From positions 1 to 49,388 of the forward strand of contig JBDSBN010000376.1 in NCBI GenBank assembly GCA_039921585.1: a stretch of 49,388 nt of DNA, read 5' to 3'. This DNA is from Ginsengibacter sp. (GTDB lineage Bacteria; Bacteroidota; Bacteroidia; Chitinophagales; Chitinophagaceae). Under the pieces are notes generated by a model. It did not search any database and was not told where the DNA came from. It saw only the letters and a list, made by a program, of their open reading frames with translations. This document shows positions 19,610 to 29,537 of the stretch, one piece after another; within the stretch, counting starts at the first letter, position 1; each line of letters starts with the position of its first letter. Position numbers and translations under genes: made by a program.

Positions 19610-20911
19610 ATGAAAATGATTCATCGCCTTTTTATCCTCTTGTTCTTTGTATTCTTCGCTTCAGATGCTGCACATGCCCAGATCTTAAAAAAGATAAAAG
19701 ACCGGGTGGCCCAAACTGCGGAAAATAAAGTAGTGAACAAGGCCGGGGACGCCACCGAAAAATCCATGGATAAAATGGAGGATGCTGCCAAAGGAAATAA
19801 AAAGCAAACATCTTCAAAGAATAATTCTGATGAAAATGTTGACAATGATAATGATCCGGTTACTGAAAAAATCACTAATAGATCACCGGCCGAACCTACT
19901 TTAAAAACCTATTCCAAATTTGATTTTGTGCCCGGAGAAAAGACGATCTTCTATGAGGATTTTGCACCTGATGCGGTTGGAGACTTTCCTGCACGATGGA
20001 ATACAAATGTATCCGGTGAAGTAAGAACGGTAAATAATTATCCCGGAAAATGGTTTCAACTAAGAAGCGGAGGTGGGTTTATTCCGGACGGTATTTCCGA
20101 TTTACCTGAAAACTTCACCATTGAATTTGATATCATTATGAATCATAACAATGTGCAAAATGCAGGTGGAATATACCTGGATATTTATGGAGGCAAAGCG
20201 CAAAATAGTTTGGACGATTTATACCCCGGAGAAAACGGCGTTAAATTTTATATAGGAAACAGGGGATTTATCATGGGAAACAAAGTGGGAGACGAACATG
20301 ATAAAGTAAGTTCCAATATAGAGAATGAACACTTTTTCAATAATCAGGGAAAGGTGCAACGCATTTCAATTTGGCGTCAAAAACAAAGAATCCGTTTATA
20401 TTTAAATGAGGTGAAAATATATGATGCTCCAAGAATTTTTCCGGAAAACACATCCTTAAGCCTGATTCGCTTTTTCACCTGGGATTGTATGGATGAAGAT
20501 GAAATCTTTTTAGTGTCAAACATCCGTGTAGCTGTAGGTGCACCGGATATGCGAAGCAAATTAATTGCGGAAGGCAAACTGGTAACGCAGGGTATTTTGT
20601 TTGATGTAAATTCTGATAAGATAAAACCGGAATCAGCGGGAACTTTAAAAGGGATTGCAGATATTTTAAAAGAAAATGCTACAGTAAAAGTAAAAATTAT
20701 TGGCCATACAGACAGTGATGGAGATGATGCTGCGAACTTAACCCTTTCCAAAAAGCGTTCAGCATCCGTCAAAAATGTGCTTACAAAAGAATATGGTATT
20801 GATGCCTCCAGAATGGAAACGGATGGCCTGGGTGAAAGTAAACCGATAGCAGATAATAATACTTCTGAGGGGAAAGCAACTAACCGCAGAGTGGAATTTG
20901 TGAAACAGTAA
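19610..20911 (+). CDS. Exported OmpA-C-terminal-domain (peptidoglycan-binding) protein
   Basis: Signal peptide ending AHA-Q, FDFVPG..GDFPARW domain, ILFD..SD, GHTDSDG..N..LS..R, NRRVEF. Confidence 0.9.
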   Translation: MKMIHRLFILLFFVFFASDAAHAQILKKIKDRVAQTAENKVVNKAGDATEKSMDKMEDAAKGNKKQTSSKNNSDENVDNDNDPVTEKITNRSPAEPTLKTYSKFDFVPGEKTIFYEDFAPDAVGDFPARWNTNVSGEVRTVNNYPGKWFQLRSGGGFIPDGISDLPENFTIEFDIIMNHNNVQNAGGIYLDIYGGKAQNSLDDLYPGENGVKFYIGNRGFIMGNKVGDEHDKVSSNIENEHFFNNQGKVQRISIWRQKQRIRLYLNEVKIYDAPRIFPENTSLSLIRFFTWDCMDEDEIFLVSNIRVAVGAPDMRSKLIAEGKLVTQGILFDVNSDKIKPESAGTLKGIADILKENATVKVKIIGHTDSDGDDAANLTLSKKRSASVKNVLTKEYGIDASRMETDGLGESKPIADNNTSEGKATNRRVEFVKQ

Positions 20912-21143
20912 AATAATATTTTACCGACCGGTTTTTTTAATAAAACCGGTTACTTCTTATTCAATTCTGTCAGACAAGAAACTTTAGGAATATGGATCTC
21001 TAAATCTCAAATTTTTCTATACCTGTTTCAGATAAACAAATGTCTTCGATGGCGCCGAAGATGCCGGCAATTTGCAGAATGACATGATGAATCAATTGGA
21101 GAAAATGTATAAAAAATTGAAGCCCAAAAACAATTAAATTCTT

Positions 21144-23405
21144 ATGAACAAGTTGAAATATATTTTTTGCCTGGGTTTGTTTTTTGTATCAACAGCTGAA
21201 GTTTGCGCACAAAATAATTTTCCGTTTTTAAAACCGGGGAATCAATGGGTATATGTATATGATGCAGGAAACGGACCAGTAGAATTTTCCTATAAAATTA
21301 TTTCAATTGAAAAAAACGGATATGTGAAAGTAGCCATAAAGATTGATAATGATTTTGTAACGAATAGTTATTGGCATGCCGATTCTAATTCATTTTCATG
21401 GCATACAGATTGGCCGTTAAGTAAAACCAAATTAACGCTCTACACCAACAATTGCAAGCCCGGTGATAGCTGGACTATTTTTTCACCACAAAATGAAATC
21501 GAGAACCCGGATGGTTTATGGGGAAACCAAACCATTCAGGTTATTGCAATCAATGAAAAAGTAAATACACCAGTCGGAACATTTGAAAATTGTGTTCGTG
21601 TAAAAGAAACATTCTCATCAGATCCAAAATATTTTTCTGAATATTTTATTGACTTGCAGTATGGCCTGGTAAAAATTGAAGGAATAGGTCGTATTTTTTA
21701 TGGTGAAGGGGAAGAAAAGAAGAAAATATATTATCCCATTAAGTATGAATTGAAAGGAAAAGAAGAAAAGGAAGAAAAACCGTCCATACTAATTGCGGGT
21801 TGTGAAAGTATTACCGTTGGCGAATCTTCAATACTCAATGTTAGCTATACACCTGCAGGAGGAAAAATGCGTTATTGGGCAGAGGGCATTGGAGTAACGG
21901 TTTCCGATGCGGGAAACGGCGCAAAAATTCAGGGGACAGCGGCAGGGAAAGCCATTATTTGGGCCGAATACACAACGGCAAAAGGAGAGAAAATAAAGAA
22001 ATCTCATACCGTACATTCCTTAAAAGTAAATTCTCTCAATGATAATAAACCCTTGCAAATTGGGTTATACAATGCTAAAGGAAAACCAACAGATGGTATA
22101 AAAACAATTGCTGTTTCTGTACAACCCGCAAGCGGTATAGACCATGTAAAATTCAAACCCAAAAACACAGCATTGCTAAGCACTGTCAAATCCGGCGCTC
22201 AGCTAAAGGTTCAAGGCGTTCAATTAGGAAAAACCACCGTTCAGGCATATTCAGATTGTGATACGCAAATTGGGCCACCATTGGATGTGGAAATAGTGAA
22301 TTGTGACGATAAAGTTATAGATGAATTGCGCAGCCTGGAGAAACAATTAAAATCGAGATTGGAAAGTAATCTCAAACAGGTAGCTGATTTGCTGGGAAAT
22401 AAAGATTTTATAGATGCTGATGAAAAAGGGGTAAAAGCAATAAAAGACATCCAAATTGGATTAGAAGATATTGCCATCACTTTGGTTACAAATGGTGTAA
22501 TCACTAATGTTTTAAAAAAGCTCTCCGATTATCGTTCTCTTAAGAATGATATTATTTCCGGATCGGAGAGATATATATCCTGGCAATTATTTATAATGAG
22601 CATGCCTGAAGGAGTTTCAAGAACCGTGCAAACCTTAGTAAAAACCATGGAGCAAACCATGACGGCAGCACATGACCTTGGGGGCTATTTAGGTACATTG
22701 GATGGAGTAATTGATCGCTTACATGAACTGGAAATTCAATACGAAAAAACTGCCTGGGATTTACAGCTGGTCCAACGGGTTCTTTATAAAGTTTGCAAAC
22801 GCGACAGTGGTCCGCCTGAACCAAATGATCTGGAACCAGGAGAAATAAAAGAGCCACCAGCTAAACAACCACCCATTAAGCAAAAACCTAAGGAAACAAA
22901 AATAACCGCTTCCGGCGGACATGATGAAAAACCGAATGTAACAAAGGAAGAAAAAAAGAGCTTAGATGAAATAATAGCGGAACCTGACCCACCTGAAAAG
23001 GGTCCTGAAAATATTGATCGGGGTCTGTTATTTTCTGATGAAAACTGCGATTGTGTAAAAGAAGGCAAGTCAAATAATTTAATGGGATTCAAAAAGTTTT
23101 CTGCAGGTATTAAAGAATTAAAACATTGTGTAGAAGATTTCCAAACAAACACTTTGAAACCTTTGCAGGTGGAAGCAACGCAAATGAAAGATTTTTTTGA
23201 AAAAATTGAAATCATAAAATCTCTCCCTGCAGACCAGCAAATACAAAAGATAAAAGATTTGTTGAAAAGTCCTGATAAAAACAATGGAGAAAATTTAGAA
23301 CTTAAAATAGATAAGGTTGCAGCATTTCAAAAGTCATTTTCTGGTTGTAAAATGAATAATAATTTAATTGAAAATCTGAAGATCCATTGGAATAGCCTGC
23401 TTTAG
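21144..23405 (+). CDS. Secreted multi-domain hypothetical protein
   Basis: 753-aa ORF with signal peptide, VNTPVGTFENC beta domain, Ig-like segments, helical region, Pro/Glu/Lys linker and Cys-containing C-terminus. Confidence 0.82.
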   Translation: MNKLKYIFCLGLFFVSTAEVCAQNNFPFLKPGNQWVYVYDAGNGPVEFSYKIISIEKNGYVKVAIKIDNDFVTNSYWHADSNSFSWHTDWPLSKTKLTLYTNNCKPGDSWTIFSPQNEIENPDGLWGNQTIQVIAINEKVNTPVGTFENCVRVKETFSSDPKYFSEYFIDLQYGLVKIEGIGRIFYGEGEEKKKIYYPIKYELKGKEEKEEKPSILIAGCESITVGESSILNVSYTPAGGKMRYWAEGIGVTVSDAGNGAKIQGTAAGKAIIWAEYTTAKGEKIKKSHTVHSLKVNSLNDNKPLQIGLYNAKGKPTDGIKTIAVSVQPASGIDHVKFKPKNTALLSTVKSGAQLKVQGVQLGKTTVQAYSDCDTQIGPPLDVEIVNCDDKVIDELRSLEKQLKSRLESNLKQVADLLGNKDFIDADEKGVKAIKDIQIGLEDIAITLVTNGVITNVLKKLSDYRSLKNDIISGSERYISWQLFIMSMPEGVSRTVQTLVKTMEQTMTAAHDLGGYLGTLDGVIDRLHELEIQYEKTAWDLQLVQRVLYKVCKRDSGPPEPNDLEPGEIKEPPAKQPPIKQKPKETKITASGGHDEKPNVTKEEKKSLDEIIAEPDPPEKGPENIDRGLLFSDENCDCVKEGKSNNLMGFKKFSAGIKELKHCVEDFQTNTLKPLQVEATQMKDFFEKIEIIKSLPADQQIQKIKDLLKSPDKNNGENLELKIDKVAAFQKSFSGCKMNNNLIENLKIHWNSLL

Positions 23406-23446
23406 ACTTTATCGCAAAAAATAAAAAAAATAAAACTTATTTTAAA

Positions 23447-24451
23447 ATGAAAAAATATTTTCGTGTATTTATTATAGTTAGTTGTCTTACCAATTGTGTT
23501 TTATTCGCAAATGGGCAGCAAAAACCAAACTCCTGGACTGAAGTAAAATTAAAAGGTCATCTGATCGTAAAAACGGTAAATACAACCAAAAGTTTTAATG
23601 AGGAAGGTAAACTCATAGAAAAAACAGAGGAGGAAATTAATTATTCCGCTGATCAGGACCTGGTATTATTTCCAGGCAGGTATCAGATTTTATCAAAAGA
23701 CGAGAAGCAATTGTCCGCCTTTACACAAGGAGGTCAAAACAAAATACTCAGAGGCGGAAGTGAAAGTGAATCTGCTGCAATAATGCCCATCTCTTATTCA
23801 ATTGATGCAAAAACCTGGCGTATTTGCGGAAATGAATTAGTGCTATCACATACTACAAAGGGCAATGGAAATATTACCAATAACAGCACAACTACTTACA
23901 TTAATTTAATCCGGACATCCACAAAAAGCGAACTAAAAGAGGACGAGTTTTTTAGAAAATCCATGCAGGAATTTAGTGAAGCAACGATGAAAGAAAGGAG
24001 ACGAATGGATATTAAAGCAGGAAAAGTCATTAATGAAGATGATTACTTCGTGCCGGAAACTTTACCTTATAATGAAACTACCGGATTATACCTTTTTACC
24101 TACGGAGGAGGCACGTGGGGAAGTTACAATCCAACGGGGCCAAAAGCAGTGGTGCGCTATTACGATTGCGAATTTAAAAAATGGGAAAATGACTCCCCAA
24201 AAGGAATGGGATTGAATGGGAATATCCTTTCCGGTGAGGAAGGAAAACTCAAAAAGTCCTATAGTGAAGGCAAGGATAGATACATTTACCGAAGCCCTTA
24301 TATTTCCAGGTTTTCTTTTGAAGAACTGGTAAAAAATCCCAAACTAAATAGAACATTTAATAGTATGGAAATGTATTACCAAAGGATTTTTAGCGGAAAC
24401 ACTTACACGGAATATGAAACGAAAACACTTATAACCCTTTCAGTTAATTAG
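23447..24451 (+). CDS. Secreted hypothetical protein
   Basis: 334-aa ORF with N-terminal signal peptide, 41 nt after the previous stop. Confidence 0.8.
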   Translation: MKKYFRVFIIVSCLTNCVLFANGQQKPNSWTEVKLKGHLIVKTVNTTKSFNEEGKLIEKTEEEINYSADQDLVLFPGRYQILSKDEKQLSAFTQGGQNKILRGGSESESAAIMPISYSIDAKTWRICGNELVLSHTTKGNGNITNNSTTTYINLIRTSTKSELKEDEFFRKSMQEFSEATMKERRRMDIKAGKVINEDDYFVPETLPYNETTGLYLFTYGGGTWGSYNPTGPKAVVRYYDCEFKKWENDSPKGMGLNGNILSGEEGKLKKSYSEGKDRYIYRSPYISRFSFEELVKNPKLNRTFNSMEMYYQRIFSGNTYTEYETKTLITLSVN

Positions 24452-24481
24452 TCAATATTTTTTTATTTTAAAGATACAATT

Positions 24482-25117
24482 ATGAAATCAACAGCAATTT
24501 TACTCATGGCAACTGCCTTATTCATTGCATCCTGCAGCAGCACTACATCTGAAAAAAAATCGAATGAGGAGGTGGTCGAATCATATACCGATGATTTAGA
24601 TGCCACTTTTAATAAAAAATATGGTGTAAAGAATGGAACCATTCAATTTGAATCACAGATGAAAGGTGCAAATTTTGATCTTGTCGGAAAATCCATTGTT
24701 TATTTTGATGACTATGGAATTAAGGAAAGAAAAGACACGTATGATGAAGATGGGATGCTCAAAGAATCCTTTTTAAGTGATGGAAAAACATTGTACTTAC
24801 TGATTCATAAAAATAAAGCAGCCTATAAAAGAGGAAACACTTATCGGGGAACTGAAATGAAATTTGATTGGGATGAAATTCCTTCAGATAAAAAATCTTC
24901 CGGCGAAGCTATAAAGGGGCCAAATGAAAACATTCTTGGGAAAGACTGTGAAGTCTATTTTTTTAAGGGAAGCAAATTTGCCGGCTGGAAAAATATATGT
25001 TTACTAACTGAAGTGGAGGGTTCGGGCGTTTCCAATAAAGTGGTCGCAATTAAAATACAAGAAGAACCTGTTTCTGCAGAATTGTTTTCGGTTCCTTCCG
25101 ATTATACTGTACAATAA
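24482..25117 (+). CDS. Lipoprotein, DUF4412-like
   Basis: Lipobox FIASC. ENILGKDCEVY and C-terminal ELFSVPSDY resemble DUF4412-type proteins. Confidence 0.75.
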   Translation: MKSTAILLMATALFIASCSSTTSEKKSNEEVVESYTDDLDATFNKKYGVKNGTIQFESQMKGANFDLVGKSIVYFDDYGIKERKDTYDEDGMLKESFLSDGKTLYLLIHKNKAAYKRGNTYRGTEMKFDWDEIPSDKKSSGEAIKGPNENILGKDCEVYFFKGSKFAGWKNICLLTEVEGSGVSNKVVAIKIQEEPVSAELFSVPSDYTVQ

Positions 25118-25149
25118 ACTTTTGACTTTTCATCCAAAAAACATTCAAA

Positions 25150-26928
25150 ATGAATTGGTATATGAGAATGCTTCTAATTTCCTTTTTAATGCTCCCTTTT
25201 TCAATAGCCTTCGCCCAGGATAATATGTCTCCCGCCGAACAGTTGGATTTTGGGATAACCATGCCCGATAGTAAAATGGTGGAAAAAGCCATTTTCAGGG
25301 GTGCTACTATTGGATTGGAGCAGGTTATTTCGTCCATTAGTTTACTCAACTTTTCGGATGGTAAACTGGCAGAACGTAAAGCTGTTTTTAAAATAATGGT
25401 CAACAAGGCGGGGAGTATAAAAGGTGTTTCAAAAAATGGTGAAACCGTATTGACCGCTCTTACAAAGGGGTATACGACTTCCGGGAAATCAGAAAGCCCA
25501 CTGGAGAATGCCCGGTTATTAATCAGTAAAGGCGCCAAAGTAAATGAGACCAATAAAGAAGGTCGTACTGCATTAAATGTACTTTGTGATAAGGATATTC
25601 TTATGGATTTGAATGACCGTTTGGATTTTGCAGTATTACTTCTTCAAAATAATGCTGACAAGGAGTTTCAAAGCAATGAGTATATGAGTTCAGAAGGAAC
25701 TCCACTGATGAATGCTGCGGGCAATGGGTATTTTGATTTGGCAAAATTATTATTGGAAAAAGGAGCAAAGTCCAATGCAAAAAATAGTTTGGGTGAAAAT
25801 GCTTTAATGAAAGTGATCAATGCGAATGAAGTCGATGTGCCAAATGATGAAAAATTAAGGATGATACAATTGCTTGTTAGTAGTGGTGCTGATCCTAAAT
25901 TAAAAAATATTCATGGAGAATCTGCATTTGACTTAGCAAAAAATGAGGGGAAATCTTTCTTATTAAATACTCCTGAAAAATCAATTGCAAAAAATGTTGC
26001 CACTCCCAAACAACAAATAGTAAACCTTCCGGGAGCTGGAGAAATGAAAGCGAACCAGGCGCTAGAATTATCTCTCCATACAGGAAATTTAGAAGGAGTA
26101 AAGCTTGCGGTTCAGGGCGGTGCCGATGTGAATAGAAATTTTAAAAATGGCTATCCCCTGCAAATAGCTTCCAGTTTATTATGCAGTAAAAATAATTTAG
26201 CGATCGCCACTTATTTGACAGACAATGGTGCGGTGGTAAATTTTAAAGATGGCTATAACGCACTGGAAAAAGCAGTAGAAACCGCCGCTTTTATTTCAGG
26301 AGGCGTTATGGTGGTAAAGTATAATCAAATAGAACATTCCTTTTCAAAAGAATCTGCAGAAGAAGAATCAGATTATAAAAAGAGGTATCCTGAATTTGTT
26401 GATCTGGTAAAATTTTTTATAAAAAAGGGCGCTAAAATAGATGGATTTTTAAATGCCAAAGGAGAAGGTCACACACCTCTTATGAAAGCTGCTGCCAATG
26501 GGGATTTAAATTTGGTAAAATTATTATTACAGAACGGAGCTAATGTAAAAATAAAACCGGTTGCGGATCATCGGGGACTGATGCTGAATGCGACTTGTAC
26601 TATTTATATGGGGATGAATTATGGGACGCTGCTGATGAGTGAAAGCACAGAAAAGGATTATGAATATGCGTTAAAAAACGGCTATCCTAAAGAATATATA
26701 AACCAGCTAAAAAGTAGGAAAATGGATTTGAAAGAAAAGCAGGCTCAATGGATCGAATTATTTAAGGACTATACTGAAATAACCAAATTGCTTATTGCAA
26801 AAGGAGGCGATGTTAATGTGGGTCATGGAAATGAGAGTGGCAGGCCAGTAACTCCTCTGAGGCAGGCACGTGTATATCACAATACGCCAATGATAAATGC
26901 TTTGTTAGCGGCGGGAGCAAAAGAATGA
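25150..26928 (+). CDS. Secreted ankyrin-repeat protein
   Basis: Signal peptide (AFA-Q) and repeated G.TPLM.AA..G...L.KLLL..GA.VN motifs. Confidence 0.9.
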   Translation: MNWYMRMLLISFLMLPFSIAFAQDNMSPAEQLDFGITMPDSKMVEKAIFRGATIGLEQVISSISLLNFSDGKLAERKAVFKIMVNKAGSIKGVSKNGETVLTALTKGYTTSGKSESPLENARLLISKGAKVNETNKEGRTALNVLCDKDILMDLNDRLDFAVLLLQNNADKEFQSNEYMSSEGTPLMNAAGNGYFDLAKLLLEKGAKSNAKNSLGENALMKVINANEVDVPNDEKLRMIQLLVSSGADPKLKNIHGESAFDLAKNEGKSFLLNTPEKSIAKNVATPKQQIVNLPGAGEMKANQALELSLHTGNLEGVKLAVQGGADVNRNFKNGYPLQIASSLLCSKNNLAIATYLTDNGAVVNFKDGYNALEKAVETAAFISGGVMVVKYNQIEHSFSKESAEEESDYKKRYPEFVDLVKFFIKKGAKIDGFLNAKGEGHTPLMKAAANGDLNLVKLLLQNGANVKIKPVADHRGLMLNATCTIYMGMNYGTLLMSESTEKDYEYALKNGYPKEYINQLKSRKMDLKEKQAQWIELFKDYTEITKLLIAKGGDVNVGHGNESGRPVTPLRQARVYHNTPMINALLAAGAKE

Positions 26929-27084
26929 TTTTACAAGATTACTATTTAATATTGGCCATTTATTTTCCAAATTTTGAATCATAGATAACGCTAAAGCAGT
27001 TTTGTATAACTTATAGTGATGTTTTTTATTCTGTTACGTGATTTTTTCTAAAAACCAATTATCATTTTCATCCAAATTTATAAA

Positions 27085-27168
27085 GAGTCCTCGCCAGCGG
27101 GGAATACTGAATGAAAGCTAACCACCTGGCCTTCTAACCTTCAGCAATTTAACCATAAGGCTCAACAA
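27085..27168. ncRNA. Candidate structured non-coding RNA, family not identified
   Basis: GC-richer island in AT-rich intergenic DNA with nested pairings GAGTCCT/AGGCTC, TACTGAA/TTCAGCA and GAAAGCTA/TGGCCTTC; not a simple hairpin plus U-tract. Confidence 0.4.
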
Positions 27169-28785
27169 TTAATTCTTCAAGATCTTAAACTCCACCCTAC
27201 GGTTCAATTGTCTGCCTTCATCTGTTTCATTGGTAGCTACCGGTTTGGATTCACCATATCCATGGGAAGTTATTCTGGAGGAATTTATTCCTTTGGAAAG
27301 AATGTATTCCATCACAGAACGGGCACGATTGTCACTCAATTTGAAATTATAGTCATCTGTACCATAACTATCTGTATGAGCACTCATTTCAATTTCAACA
27401 GAAGGATAATCGTTTAAGAATTTTACAACTCTATCCAATTCAATGAAAGATATCGGACGTAAGTCCCATTTATCGAAATCAAAGAAAACATTATTCAGCC
27501 GGACGATCTGTCCGATTTCTATGGGTACCAGGTAAAGATCTTTATGGATGGATTTATGGCCTGCTTTAAAGAGGGAATCAAGGTTTAAATTTTCAGAGAC
27601 AGCAAAATAATGATTGGCTGTTGCGTGGATCAGGTAATTTTTGTCATAGGGCAAAACAATTTTAAAGGCACCATCATAAGGGTTGGAAAGGGCATTTCCG
27701 ACTTATGTACCATCTGGTAAGGTTTTGTACACAAGGTTTGCGCTCAACGGCTTTTTGGTTTTTTCATCGTATACATTTCCGCTCACGATCAGCACAGGAT
27801 CCGGCTTCTGTTTCTCAAACAATTTAATTTTTACAATGTCGCTACTCCCAAAAGTGTTTTCGTTCGTCGTCATGTAAGCATACTCCCCACCTGCATCTAA
27901 TGTAAAGAAGGCATCCCAGCCAGGCGTATTTATCGGGCTTTTGAGGTTCACAGGGTCACTCCATTTTTGCCAGGAATTATCCAGTCTTTTACTCATCAAG
28001 ATATCATTATTTCCTAATCCACCGGGGCGGTTACTGCTAAAATACAGGGTTTCACCATCCGAAGCGAGATAAGGAGTCATCTCATTATAATCGGGCAGGT
28101 TTATTTTTTTGCCCAGGCTCCTGGGCTCTGTCCAGGTACCATCTTCCTGCAGGAAACAGACATATATATCACTGTTGAAACTGCGGGATACTTCCGACAT
28201 ATAAAGTAATAGGGTTTGTCCGTCGTTTGCCATCGTGGCACCGTATTGATTTCCGCGATCGTATTTATGAAAGTTTTTTATACTAAGCATTTCAGGTTTG
28301 CTCCAATAACCGCCCCTTGTGAGGTAGCAGAAACTTACTCCATTGCCAAAATAGTCTCCATTGATATAAGCATTCCGGATAAGTATGCGATTATTATCAG
28401 GCGAAATCCAAAAGACAGCATTGTAATCTGAGGTATTTAAAGGTTTACCCAAATGAACTGCATTACTCCATTTGCCGGTCATTGTATCGCGCTCTGAAAA
28501 CCAAATGTCCTGGGAATTTGGTATGCTGCCGAAGTTTGTATTGTATGGGTGATTTTGTCGGATAAAGAAAAGGAGGTTGCCATCTGCGGAAACGGTAGGT
28601 CTTAATTCCGGGTACTTAGAATTGATCCCCTCTCCTATATTTTCCACTTTAAGAATGGTTTCATCCGTTATGAAATTCTCCTTTTGAGGGACTACTTTAT
28701 CAATAGTATCTTTTGCAAATTGAGGTTGTGCTCTGGTTGACAAAAAGAAGAATGCCCCAATCAATAAAGAAATTAAATTTTTCAA
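27169..28785 (-). pseudogene. PD40 beta-propeller plus OmpA-domain protein interrupted by one in-frame TAA (possibly a sequence error)
   Basis: ORFs 27703..28860 and 27169..27654 share a frame and read LPDGT*VGNALSNPYDGAFKIVLPYDK across 27703-27705. PD40 motifs (PTVSADG, LYFSSNRPGGLG) and OmpA motifs (AHTD, NRRVEF). TTG start at 28785 gives a signal peptide. Confidence 0.8.
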
Positions 28786-28983
28786 TTTTCCGCTATTTGA
28801 ATTATATAGAGAACGATCAGATGAGCGAAAAAAGTATAAATGTGTAGAGTGCCAGGCCAATCCGGTTTAATGAGAGAGTGTTTTAAAAAAAGGAAGAAAT
28901 CTTTAAGGATAATTTTATTACTTTCATTAACTATTTATAAAAAAGCAGAACCCTCAATTTCACATCGTACATTTGAAGTTATT

Positions 28984-29463
28984 ATGAGATCAGCATTATT
29001 TACTTATGACAAGAAAAAGGTCATTCAGGCTTTACGCTTCCATTTTATCAGTCGCAGAGAAATCAAATTAATGATCATTTTTGTAAATGTTTTTGCTATT
29101 GCTTCGGCTGCTTTTTATTTTTTTGGTTATGTAACTCCTGTTGCGTTTTTATTAGCTTCCGGATTATGGTTTATCTTAATGATTTCTTTCTGGTTTGTAC
29201 TACCGTTAACTATTTATAAAAAAGCTGCGACTTTTAAAGATTCCTTTGTAGTGAGACTTGAGCCACATCATATGTTTTTAGAAAATGCGAAAGGGAGCAG
29301 AAGCTGGCCCTGGAAAAGTTTTTCAACATTTGTTGAGAGTCCGCATTTTTTTCATTTGTATTTTGATTCTCGTTCTTTTTTCTTAATTCCAAAGGAGGCA
29401 TTTCAGGATAATGATACTTTTGAAGTAAGAGCTTTTTTGAAAGAGCATATTATTAAGAAGTAA
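28984..29463 (+). CDS. YcxB-like membrane protein
   Basis: Two TM helices, then SRSWPW..F...ESPHFFHLY...FFLIPK. ATG at 28984. Confidence 0.75.
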   Translation: MRSALFTYDKKKVIQALRFHFISRREIKLMIIFVNVFAIASAAFYFFGYVTPVAFLLASGLWFILMISFWFVLPLTIYKKAATFKDSFVVRLEPHHMFLENAKGSRSWPWKSFSTFVESPHFFHLYFDSRSFFLIPKEAFQDNDTFEVRAFLKEHIIKK

Positions 29464-29537
29464 TAAACCTTCTTATTTCCACCTATTTATAAGAGGAATG
29501 TGTTGCAATTCATAGAGCTTAATATACTAGGCAATAC

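Noticed and set aside
15850-26928. Accessory block as a mobile element or prophage
   Set aside because: No integrase, transposase, phage gene, tRNA target or flanking direct repeats seen.
27004-27021. Third copy of the regulator box (GTATAAC-TTAT-AGTGATG)
   Set aside because: Only one half-site matches and it lies between convergent gene ends.
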